Source of the DNA: a virus | Taxonomy: Duplodnaviria > Heunggongvirae > Uroviricota > Caudoviricetes | IMG/VR virus record: IMGVR_UViG_2744054872_000005 | Length of the DNA stretch: 60,920 nucleotides | Direction: 5' to 3' (one strand) | Part shown: positions 22,759 through 31,148 of the stretch, in pieces | How the letters are laid out: each line of letters opens with the position of its first letter | Numbering within the stretch: position 1 is the first letter of the stretch | The notes under the pieces: generated by a model | The model's database searches: none | What the model saw: the letters and a program-made list of their open reading frames with translations, nothing else | What the model was told of the DNA's origin: nothing | Made by a program: the position numbers and the translations under genes

Positions 22759-23694
22759 GATTATTTATAAGATGAGCGGCATCCGTCATAAAGCTGGTGG
22801 ATGCTTTTTCTATGCATATATGCACAGTTTTAGTGGGCGTTAATGTCGATATAGGGATCCCCATATCGAGATTGGATACCTGGCTTTTTTCCGGTTAACC
22901 TTTAATCAGGCTGGTGGGCTTTACCTGTTTTGTATGAGTGGTCATCATGACCATGTCATAACAAAAACCCCATATTCGTGGTTTTTCTGTGTCGGGGCTA
23001 TTCTGCTGTTGCCGTGCTGGTGGATATTCTCCGGTATGCGACTCCCCATATCGGCATCAGGCCCACCAGCGTGAAGCGTTTTTCATTTTTCGCGGGTATA
23101 AAAAATCGATGGGGCTGGCAGTCCGGAAGACGTCAGGTCACAGGGATTTGACCCGCCCCTCCCTGTGCATGAGCACAATAAGTAACCGAAGGCGGAATTC
23201 CGCCCTCGGTACTCACATATGAGAAACGATATTTCTTCCACAGATACCCTTTATTTGGGTATCGCGAGTAAGCCCCAAAATCTGGGTGTTACTCTTACTA
23301 CCCAAACTACGGGTAGTTTCCGTAGTTTCATGGTCGAGTTGCAGATCTGCAACTCACCCACCCGCCAACCCATTTTTGGGCCGTCGGGAATATCAACAAG
23401 TTAGCACAGAAATAACTCAGGCAGATACAAAACTCAACTTTGAGCTTTGCTTATTATTCAGTTGGTTAACATCCCTCAAAACTGAGGACTGTACCCAAAG
23501 CTATTTTTATAGCTCCGGCCTCAGCCGTTGGCTGTTCCCGAAAATATCAGTCAGTTACGTTAACCGCTAATTTCTGCCTTTGGTGTGAATACTGTCGCTT
23601 TAACCTACGGTAATTGTTCTGCCTCGGTGCGTGTCACCGCCGTAACCGCGCCAGTAAACCCCACAGATTCGTGGTTTTCCTGAATATCAGGAAT

Positions 23695-23979
23695 CTACCG
23701 CCGCAACCGTTCCGGTTTCTTCCACTGGTAAGTATTTTTCGCGCTCTCCCTCCGTTGTTGAGAACGGCGACGGTATGCCAGCAACTCAAGGACTCTGATC
23801 CGTATGTCGCGCATATCCACGCCGTTAAGCTCGATACCGTCACGGCGCATCATCTCAGCCACCACACGCGCGTAATTTTCGGCTATCACGCTGTCCGGCT
23901 GCGTGGCCTCCTGTTTGCTTGATGGTTGTTTGATTCCGGTAACGCGGCGGATTAATCCCAGCAATTCAGATTCTGTCAT
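23695..23979 (-). CDS. hypothetical protein (94 aa), last gene of island, 11 nt downstream of the TerS-like gene
   Basis: Charged, helical-looking ORF tightly coupled to the TerS-like gene; no recognisable domain. Confidence 0.45.
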   Translation of the reverse strand: MTESELLGLIRRVTGIKQPSSKQEATQPDSVIAENYARVVAEMMRRDGIELNGVDMRDIRIRVLELLAYRRRSQQRRESAKNTYQWKKPERLRR

Positions 23980-23990
23980 AGTGCGCTACG

Positions 23991-24542
23991 TTACTTGTCT
24001 TTATTCGGCTGCAACTTATCCGGCACATTTCCGGTAGTTTCCATCAGGTAATCAGCCAGTATCTGCGGGAGGTTGTCGTCAACTCCGGCACTGGCATTAC
24101 AGGCTTTAGCCACTTCCTTTTTAAGTCCATCCAGCATAGCCGGAGTCATCTGTGGGAAGCGCCTTTGCATGGTAAGCGGCAGGCTGTCCATGATAGATGA
24201 AATCTGACTCGCCAGTTTGGAAAGAACATACATACAAAACTCTGTATCAATAACGTCGCCGCGTTCGCGCTCGTTTTTAAGCTCCTGCGCTTCTGCCTGT
24301 GCTGTCAGTAATCTGATCCTGACGCGTAAAAGTTCATCGTCATCAATATCGCCCGTTTCGTTTGTAATCTGGCTAATTGCATTGTTAACCCGATTATCTA
24401 TTACACTGGCAACATCATAGAATGCCTCACGGCCCTTACGCTCGACGGGAATCACTCCCCACTTATCAAACGCAGTGGCGCTTACACGGCAACTTTTTGC
24501 CATGTTTTTTTTGTTCATCAGGTGCAATTTCATTGATACCAC
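23991..24542 (-). CDS. small terminase subunit homologue (lambda Nu1-like) encoded by the island
   Basis: 183 aa; C-terminal region aligns by eye with lambda Nu1 (e.g. LTAQAEAQELKNERERGDVIDTEFCMYVLSKLASQISSIMDSLPLTMQRRFP vs LTRAQADAQELKNARDSAEVVETAFCTFVLSRIAGEIASILDGIPLSVQRRFP); N-terminal wHTH region is divergent. Confidence 0.8.
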   Translation of the reverse strand: MVSMKLHLMNKKNMAKSCRVSATAFDKWGVIPVERKGREAFYDVASVIDNRVNNAISQITNETGDIDDDELLRVRIRLLTAQAEAQELKNERERGDVIDTEFCMYVLSKLASQISSIMDSLPLTMQRRFPQMTPAMLDGLKKEVAKACNASAGVDDNLPQILADYLMETTGNVPDKLQPNKDK

Positions 24543-24644
24543 AACTTAATTACTGTTTCAGGTTGGTGTATTGATTGTATTTTTCTCTTCTTATTCATAG
24601 AGATAGAGCGAACAACAAAACCACCACCAGCACCCGAAAAAGGC

Positions 24645-24710
24645 TCATAAATAGCGAAAACCCGCGAGGTCGCCGCCCCGTAACCTGTCGGATCGCCGGA
24701 AAGGACCCGC
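24645..24710 (-). other. island cos site: 66-bp exact copy of helper cosN and flanking sequence (cosN GGGCGGCGACCT at 24667-24678, minus strand)
   Basis: Identical to 37110-37175; sequence toward the island TerS gene (cosB side) is unrelated to the helper cosB. Confidence 0.85.
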
Positions 24711-24734
24711 CAGCCAGAACGGGCCCTAATTTCA

Positions 24735-25118
24735 TCAACCAATCAACTTATAGCGACCATCCCGTGCATTGCGACGTACACGCTCAATCTTGAGGCATAG
24801 CGCCGCACCTGGCTTTTTTGGGACAGGTACGCGGCAATATTCAGAAGCGCGAGGAATATTATTTATCCAGTCGATCACTTCACTTAAATACCAGGCCTTA
24901 CGCCCTTCCGTAACCTGCACTCGCTCCGGGAACTCTCCACTAGCCTCAAGGTTTAGCAGTGTACGCCGACTCAGGGTTGTAATTTCCATCACCTGATTCA
25001 TATCAACAAGGCGCTCGCTTAAACACATTTTGTCAGCGATAGCTTTTAATTCCTCTACAGCTGGATTCGGGTACATCATTTCGGCAATTGGCTTAAGGTC
25101 ATTGTAATCATTCTGCAT
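24735..25118 (-). CDS. AlpA-family HTH protein (second copy, 127 aa) in the island morphogenesis module
   Basis: C-terminal MEITTLSRRTLLNLEASGEFPERVQVTEGRKAWYLSEVIDWI resembles the AlpA/phage regulatory HTH. Confidence 0.55.
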   Translation of the reverse strand: MQNDYNDLKPIAEMMYPNPAVEELKAIADKMCLSERLVDMNQVMEITTLSRRTLLNLEASGEFPERVQVTEGRKAWYLSEVIDWINNIPRASEYCRVPVPKKPGAALCLKIERVRRNARDGRYKLIG

Positions 25119-25129
25119 TGTATCCCCCT

Positions 25130-25459
25130 TTACACACGAGCCAGCGGCTGAACAGAAATACCTGAGCCAACAAACGCTGCAACCTTTACTGACAGTTCTT
25201 TAACAGACTCAGGCCAGTTCAGAGCATCAACATTTAAGACACCTGTCTTATAGACCTGAGCCTGTGTTTTTTTCGCGGTGTCGATTTGTACAGCGGAAAC
25301 ATAAACCGCTTTACCTACGCTCGAACCATCCCATACCACCAGTGCACCATGCATCAGTGGCGTAAATGCAGGAATTACCCCTTTATTAGCTGAAAATATC
25401 CCCAACGTAGTAACCAGTGCTTCAGTGCCAGCCATGAGTTCAGTGTAATGAGTAGCCAT
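25130..25459 (-). CDS. head decoration protein homologue (lambda gpD-like), island-encoded
   Basis: 109 aa; shares TPLM, VWDG and C-terminal AF.G..IS motifs with gpD. Confidence 0.7.
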   Translation of the reverse strand: MATHYTELMAGTEALVTTLGIFSANKGVIPAFTPLMHGALVVWDGSSVGKAVYVSAVQIDTAKKTQAQVYKTGVLNVDALNWPESVKELSVKVAAFVGSGISVQPLARV

Positions 25460-25468
25460 TGCTCCCCC

Positions 25469-26515
25469 TTAACCAATGCGAACGGTAACAAAACGATTGA
25501 TGCGGGCCGGTATTGGCTGTGGTGCAGAGTGCGTTTGTACGTACTCAATAGCCGGATCTCCAGGCACAATGTAGTTTTTCGGTGCGAGTTCGGCTTTAGT
25601 CAGCCCCATTCGGATTAGCTCCGGATCCTGAATACCGCCATAAGCGACAATCCCCTGAAGAGCCGTATTGCCAAGCACCATCAAATCAGGATCAAGGAAA
25701 TGTTTTTCAGTTCCGTCCTCGTCGGTATAACGCCCGCTGTATACAACAATCGCAACATCGCCCATATACCCTTTAAAACTCACCGAATCACCAAGGTCTT
25801 TAAGGGCCGTTTCCAGTTCGGAATTAGAACCACGGCGGGTATCCAGAGCCTCTTTTATCGCTCTGAATGAACGGTATTTCTTCCATACATTACCGCCCAT
25901 AATGATGATATTAGTGACGCCCTCACTAAATTCTGCGTAGCTCTCAATATCATCATTTGGATCAAAAGTTTCTTTATCCTTACCTGACCACTCAGCACCG
26001 CCAGACTGAGTGATGATATTTTGTGGTTTAATATTCCAGTCCAGTTCATAACGTTCAATACCATCGCCTTCAATGATATTTTTCCCCGTTGTGATTGCCT
26101 GAACAGCAAGCCATTCAATACGTGCACGTATAGCTTTAGCCTGATTTACAATCGCCTGTTTAACTTTAATATTACGCGCCCCAAAAGCATTGTATTGTTC
26201 AGGTGATACACCAGCAGGGCGCACAGCTAACTTATTTGGATCAATGCTGCTTTTCGGTTTCATATAGCCAGGGCGAATTGTTTTTGATTCGTATCCCTCA
26301 TCTCGTGAAACTTTACTGCCCACCATAGGAGAGCAAAACGCCGCGATCGGGATATTTGGATCGTCGATCGTATCAAGAATAATGTCTCTCGATTCAAACA
26401 TTACCGAGCGAGTGAAAAACAAACTGGTAAACAACGCATTTAATTTTTTTTGCACATCTTCAGCATTAGCCACCTGCACAAGCTGTGTAGGCGAATATAA
26501 ATCAACCATACTCAT
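25469..26515 (-). CDS. major capsid protein homologue (lambda gpE-like), island-encoded
   Basis: Clear collinear similarity to gpE (TQSGGAEWSGKDKETFDPNDDIESYA, ...AIKEALDTRRGSNSELETALKDLGDSVSFKGYMGDVAIVVYSG); start chosen at MSMVDLYSPTQL with AAGAGG RBS. Confidence 0.85.
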   Translation of the reverse strand: MSMVDLYSPTQLVQVANAEDVQKKLNALFTSLFFTRSVMFESRDIILDTIDDPNIPIAAFCSPMVGSKVSRDEGYESKTIRPGYMKPKSSIDPNKLAVRPAGVSPEQYNAFGARNIKVKQAIVNQAKAIRARIEWLAVQAITTGKNIIEGDGIERYELDWNIKPQNIITQSGGAEWSGKDKETFDPNDDIESYAEFSEGVTNIIIMGGNVWKKYRSFRAIKEALDTRRGSNSELETALKDLGDSVSFKGYMGDVAIVVYSGRYTDEDGTEKHFLDPDLMVLGNTALQGIVAYGGIQDPELIRMGLTKAELAPKNYIVPGDPAIEYVQTHSAPQPIPARINRFVTVRIG

Positions 26516-26726
26516 CCTCTTTACATTCATTACAAATAATTGTGAATATATTCTATTACCGATGTCTGCTATGCGAATACATGCAACCAAGTGCAATGTT
26601 GTATAAAATCTGCCGTGACAACTTCAGTGCTGATAATTCGTGTTAATGTATTTACTTCCTTTGGTCGGGATTTATGTAGCATGCCGGAAAATCTATTTTC
26701 TTCCGGCATTTTTTTATTTGCAGAAT

Positions 26727-27149
26727 TTAAAACGGTATATTATCGCCGTACGGATCATCATTCCCCGACTGTTGTTTTGCCCTGTTCAGTGCGTCAGTAG
26801 CCTGGCCCTGTTGACCTTTTTTGCCGCCCGGTCGCGCCGTTCTGGCACTGATTACACTGTCTGCGATAACCTGCCAGCACTGCCGCGTTTCGCCGTTCTG
26901 GCCTGTCCACTGGCTTACCTGCATGTTACCCGCCACGCTCACCAGTTCGCCTTTGTGGTGTTTTGCCAGTGCGTCGGCCTGTCTGCCAAACGCCAGGACG
27001 GATAACCACATCGTCGCCGTTCCGTCATCTGCCTGGCTGCACGGAAGTGGGACCGCCATACTCGCCATCGTCATTTGTGTACCCTTGCTGGTGGTCTTTA
27101 ACTGCGGGTCAGCCACCAGCCGCCCGTAAGCCGCTATCTGTGCTGTCAT
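26727..27149 (-). CDS. ssb: single-stranded DNA-binding protein (SSB-like)
   Basis: OB-fold-like N-terminus, Gly/Gln-rich linker and acidic C-terminal tail ending DNIPF (compare SSB DDDIPF). Confidence 0.55.
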   Translation of the reverse strand: MTAQIAAYGRLVADPQLKTTSKGTQMTMASMAVPLPCSQADDGTATMWLSVLAFGRQADALAKHHKGELVSVAGNMQVSQWTGQNGETRQCWQVIADSVISARTARPGGKKGQQGQATDALNRAKQQSGNDDPYGDNIPF

Positions 27150-27391
27150 GCTGTCTGCTCTCCGGTTTTAACGTTGATGGTTGTCACCTGTTCCGCTTCG
27201 GCAATCTCCCGTTCTGTCAGCGTGGCAAAGTTTGCAGCTGCCGTTGTCATGAATGCGCTAATCAGTTCGGGATGTGCTTTCGCATATCCTTCCCCGGCGT
27301 TGCGGTCGATGATTTTTATCGACACCCTTAACCAGTGTTCCGTCAAATCAAGGGCGTGCGATTGTGATTTTTTTGTGTGCTTCGCTGTCAT
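27146..27391 (-). CDS. hypothetical protein (81 aa)
   Basis: ORF between the iteron region and ssb with overlapping stop/start. Confidence 0.4.
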   Translation of the reverse strand: MTAKHTKKSQSHALDLTEHWLRVSIKIIDRNAGEGYAKAHPELISAFMTTAAANFATLTEREIAEAEQVTTINVKTGEQTA

Positions 27392-27442
27392 AGGCTTTAT
27401 CTCACAGCAGTAAATTAAAATTTTTGCGTTTTAACCCTTCAC

Positions 27443-27664
27443 CTGTTCACCTTTTGATATTTTATCTTTTAATTCATAATGTTAAGGGGTGAACAGTTTC
27501 ACAAAAACTATTCACCAACTGTTCACCACTGTTCACCCTTGAAGCTCAATAAACAATCAAAAAGGTGAACAGTGAATAGTTTGGTGAACAGTTCATAAAT
27601 AACTGTTCACCCTATAACATACTGATACAAAAGATATTTATGACAGGGTGAACAGTGGTGAACA
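27443..27664. repeat. iteron cluster: at least 9 copies of GGTGAACAG / CTGTTCACC in both orientations (candidate island replication origin)
   Basis: Copies at about 27443, 27488, 27519, 27529, 27564, 27584, 27603, 27647 and 27656 in an AT-rich stretch just 3' of the primase gene. Confidence 0.75.
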
Positions 27665-27678
27665 GTTATTCCATAAGT

Positions 27679-29511
27679 TTAATTTTTGCTATCGTCATTA
27701 GTGACCGATACACATGATGGCATCCAGTCTTCTGATTCCTCCGTCAGTGTCACGTTTGAACGCAAACCGTGCTTCGTTTTCCGTTTCATATACTCCCTGC
27801 CATATTCCGCCATTGCCCCCGGCATATCTTTACCGAAGCGCGTCAGTGTTACAGGTTTACCAAACCCATGTGCCCTCATATAAGCCAGATAGGCATGATA
27901 GAGATACCTGCGTGGGCTGAATGGCACAATTTCAGCATTACCCACTAACAGGCCATCACACATTACCGACGCCATGAGATAGCCGCAGAAGTCCACCAGC
28001 GAATCCCCCTCTCGCTTTATCGCCAGTGCTTCTTCAGATTTCTGCTGCTCATATAACAGGCGTCTGGCTTCGTCCTGGTCAGCAAACCGTGTAAGCAGAT
28101 GGCGAATCACTACCGCCAGCTCACCTTCTATTTTTTCCGCCAGCATTGGATCGCGTTCGTTCTCCGGTACAACTTCCGAAAAATTGAATATCACCCGACG
28201 ACGTGAGATCCCCCCGCTGCGGTCACTGAATGACATGGCGTTATTGTTAACCGCCAGCACTACTGCCGGAATACGCGTTGAGTAGGGGGCTTTGTGTTTC
28301 GGGTCAATTGCCACCTTGTCACCGCCTGTAATAGCCTTAATCCCTGCCCCATCACCAGCGTAGCGGGTCATATCCGGCATGATAATCAGCGAAAAGCCAA
28401 CCACTAACGCGCGTTCCCTTGCATCTTCCAGCGCCTTCATGCTTGCCGATACTGTGTTGGCCTTACCCGCCAGCATGGTGCAAATCTCCGCCATCACGCT
28501 TTTACCACTTCCCCCTGGACCTGTTACCTCAATGAATAACTGCCAGTCGTACCGGTTCGCCAGCACCATGAATAATGCAGCCAGTACGCGATCCGCCTTG
28601 CGGTCATTCTCAGCCACCGAACGGCGTAACCACTTCCAGAAATTCGGCGCATGTGTTGCCAGCGTTTCCCCCTCTGCTGGTGGGCTGAAAGGTAATTCAC
28701 TGGCAATTAACAACCAGTCGTTTTTGTTATGCTCCCGAAAATTACCTGTTCTGGTATCAAATACCCCGTTACTGAATCCAATCAGGTTACGGGCTGTATT
28801 CCCCATAACAGGCAAACTTAACTTCATGGTATCGACCGCCGATTTAATGGCGTTCTGCGAATAGCTGATCTCCGCATCAATGAAAATCTGCGCCATAGCT
28901 CGCTGTAATTCTTTATCCTGTACTGGCTCCCATACAACGCCGTTGTAATGGTGAACAGTGTCAGAGTCAGCATGAATCGCCAGTTCACCGCCATAATGTG
29001 CCAGGAGAACTTCGCCGCGTTGACTTGCTCCCATCTGGTTAAGCGCCAGTGATGAAGCGTTATCGTCTTTTACCCGCTCTTTTTTCTTTACAGGCAGTTC
29101 AACTACCTTTTTCTTTTCCGCCTGCTCTGCCCGTTCACGTTCCAGATATTCGCGCCAGTTCTCCCGTTTCTGGCTGTGCATTCCTTCAGGATAATAATCA
29201 GCATCCCTGACACCTGCCGCTGCCAGTTTCTGCCCGATGGTATTAACAAGCCCCGGACGCAATAACCCCGCCTGATAGAGACGCACGCGATAGCGTCCGT
29301 CCGGTACGATTTGCAGGTTGTCCAGTTCGGCAAGTTGTTGCTCTCCAAGCCAGACAGGTGGCACGTTATCGCCAGCCAGTCGCCCGTCCTGTTCCTGCCA
29401 CTGATTCGCATGTGCCCACGCATCACTACCCGCAAAAATGATGACTTCCGTCATTTTGTCACGCGGCTGGTATTTTAAATTTGGCGCTTTTTTCATTTCT
29501 GCTCTCTCCAC
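27679..29511 (-). CDS. primase/replication initiation protein (P4 alpha or PICI Pri-Rep-like) with P-loop NTPase domain
   Basis: 610 aa; Walker A GPGGSGKS; placement next to int-alpA and directly upstream of the iterons. Confidence 0.75.
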   Translation of the reverse strand: MERAEMKKAPNLKYQPRDKMTEVIIFAGSDAWAHANQWQEQDGRLAGDNVPPVWLGEQQLAELDNLQIVPDGRYRVRLYQAGLLRPGLVNTIGQKLAAAGVRDADYYPEGMHSQKRENWREYLERERAEQAEKKKVVELPVKKKERVKDDNASSLALNQMGASQRGEVLLAHYGGELAIHADSDTVHHYNGVVWEPVQDKELQRAMAQIFIDAEISYSQNAIKSAVDTMKLSLPVMGNTARNLIGFSNGVFDTRTGNFREHNKNDWLLIASELPFSPPAEGETLATHAPNFWKWLRRSVAENDRKADRVLAALFMVLANRYDWQLFIEVTGPGGSGKSVMAEICTMLAGKANTVSASMKALEDARERALVVGFSLIIMPDMTRYAGDGAGIKAITGGDKVAIDPKHKAPYSTRIPAVVLAVNNNAMSFSDRSGGISRRRVIFNFSEVVPENERDPMLAEKIEGELAVVIRHLLTRFADQDEARRLLYEQQKSEEALAIKREGDSLVDFCGYLMASVMCDGLLVGNAEIVPFSPRRYLYHAYLAYMRAHGFGKPVTLTRFGKDMPGAMAEYGREYMKRKTKHGLRSNVTLTEESEDWMPSCVSVTNDDSKN

Positions 29512-29792
29512 GCGGCAATCATATTTTTCAGTTCCTGTAGTTTTTTATCCACATCCACACGTGACACATGGTTATTTCTGGAAGTCGGGATTTTCCGCCG
29601 GAATCTGCAAATAAAGATCTCCACGTTCAGCGAACTAAGAAATGAATAGCCATCACGGATAAAATACACACGGTCAAACATCAGTTCTTTTACCGTTACT
29701 CTGTTACCGTTCTTATCCAGATAAATAGCGCCGGGGATAATTTGGGGGTGTGCATAACCGCTGGCAGTCAAGCCAGATAAATACGTTCTCAT
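29493..29792 (-). CDS. hypothetical protein (99 aa)
   Basis: Overlaps primase start by 19 nt; no recognisable domain. Confidence 0.45.
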   Translation of the reverse strand: MRTYLSGLTASGYAHPQIIPGAIYLDKNGNRVTVKELMFDRVYFIRDGYSFLSSLNVEIFICRFRRKIPTSRNNHVSRVDVDKKLQELKNMIAAWREQK

Positions 29793-29798
29793 GATTAT

Positions 29799-30119
29799 TT
29801 ATCCCCGATTTGAATCAGTATTCGCTTTCTTTATAGCATTTAATGCATCTGTGGCATTTTCAATGGTGCACCGTAACGAAATATCAAAATGTCCAAGCAT
29901 TGCCAGTAACAAACCGATATTACCCATATCAATGCGCATGGCCTTTTCGTCATATTCCTCATTTTCTGACGCATGCCACATCAGGCTACCAATTGACGCA
30001 ACAGCCATTGATATATTGTCAGTAGCCCCATCCGCAGCGGAATAAACCTTTTTAGCAATATCATGCTCACAGTTAAAATGCGGATTAATCAGGTACTGGT
30101 AATTTGACATATCAGGCAT
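29799..30119 (-). CDS. hypothetical protein (about 106 aa from MPDMSNYQ)
   Basis: Internal ATG at 30119 has AGGGGG 8 nt upstream; the listed ORF extends upstream to 30236 through the operator region. Confidence 0.4.
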   Translation of the reverse strand: MPDMSNYQYLINPHFNCEHDIAKKVYSAADGATDNISMAVASIGSLMWHASENEEYDEKAMRIDMGNIGLLLAMLGHFDISLRCTIENATDALNAIKKANTDSNRG

Positions 30120-30404
30120 GGCACACCCCCTGGCGAATACGGGCGGCGAATACAGCAACACAACCGGACGGGCAGCGGTTACGCGCTTCACGTTCCGTCC
30201 AGGCGGTGACGTGGATGATTTGAGATTCTCCGGCACTCAGTGCCAGAAAACGCCACACAAAGGCCGTTTGTGTGTGTACAAGGTGTGGGGTATGCTGTCT
30301 TACAGCCATAATCGTTACTCCAGTTAACGGTTTGGTTAGAAGCCCCGTTACTGCTCCAACAGTGCGGGGCTTCGTCGTTTCAATTGCTGAATTGCATGTA
30401 TCAG

Positions 30405-30475
30405 CCCTTGTGGTATTCAGATTACATTTTGGTGAATACCATTTCAAGTCTTTTTTGGTATTCACTTTTGTATTA
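30405..30475. promoter_or_regulatory. divergent promoter/operator region with three GGTATTCA / TGAATACC repeats
   Basis: tggtattcag, tggtgaatacc and tggtattcac between the divergent replication operon and the DUF3950-like gene. Confidence 0.55.
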
Positions 30476-30508
30476 CACTGCATCCCGTTATTAATCGGAG
30501 GTGCAAAC

Positions 30509-30814
30509 ATGTCCACGAGTTCTGTTAACAATAAATCACAGCAACTGAATGCCAGATTTCCACATGAAGTAGTGAGTGGCATTGAGGCATCCCTACAGCC
30601 AGGGGAAACTAAAGCGAATTTTATAGTTACGGCTGTACGCGGTGAGATCGCCAGCCGCCAAGCAGAAGGCAGCGGAGAAAATCCCCTTGTGTCGTCACTG
30701 GATGCCCTGGCTAAGGTCGAACAAATCGGCATCAAAGCCGCCGAGGAGATCGGGCAACTCATCACCGTCGCGCGTGAAGAACTCCAGCGACGCAAGGTCA
30801 AAGAGCATGAATAG
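30509..30814 (+). CDS. DUF3950/YlcI-like putative DNA-binding protein (101 aa), candidate island regulator
   Basis: GGAGGTG RBS; N-terminus MSTSSVNNKSQQLNARFPHEVVSGIEASLQPGETKANF aligns with the helper YlcI MSTKNRTRRTTTRNIRFPNPMIEQINIALDQKGSGNF. Confidence 0.55.
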   Translation: MSTSSVNNKSQQLNARFPHEVVSGIEASLQPGETKANFIVTAVRGEIASRQAEGSGENPLVSSLDALAKVEQIGIKAAEEIGQLITVAREELQRRKVKEHE

Positions 30815-30871
30815 CCAATATCAGCGCCATAGTTTGAGGAACGCAGGCGCATTGCTTTACAGGACAGCACC

Positions 30872-31051
30872 ATGAGCGACACAGAATCAACCAAAACACC
30901 ATCACCAACTCGTAAGAGACGACGCAAAAATATAGCGCATGAACATGAATCAGAAAGATTCGCACCTTGTTCGTTTGCTCTTGAGAAATTCCTTAAAGAG
31001 CACAGGAAAAAGCTCTCGTTGCAAACCTTGGAACGAACCAAATCTGACTGA
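30872..31051 (+). CDS. hypothetical small basic protein (59 aa)
   Basis: ORF downstream of the DUF3950-like gene, followed by two terminator hairpins; below the 60-aa cut-off of the ORF track. Confidence 0.3.
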   Translation: MSDTESTKTPSPTRKRRRKNIAHEHESERFAPCSFALEKFLKEHRKKLSLQTLERTKSD

Positions 31052-31118
31052 TCACATTGCCCACCAGCCGCAAATGTGGCATTGTTGGTGATGCGTTCAA
31101 GTTTAGTGTGTATCCATT

Positions 31119-31148
31119 GGCGACCGCCCCCGGTCGCCTTTGTTTTGT
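31119..31148 (+). terminator. rho-independent terminator (first of two)
   Basis: ggcgaccg-ccccc-ggtcgcc followed by tttgttttg. Confidence 0.6.

Noticed and set aside
27443-27664. Possible CRISPR array suggested by the short repeats
   Set aside because: Repeat unit is only 8-9 bp, occurs in both orientations with irregular spacing and no cas genes nearby; better explained as origin iterons.
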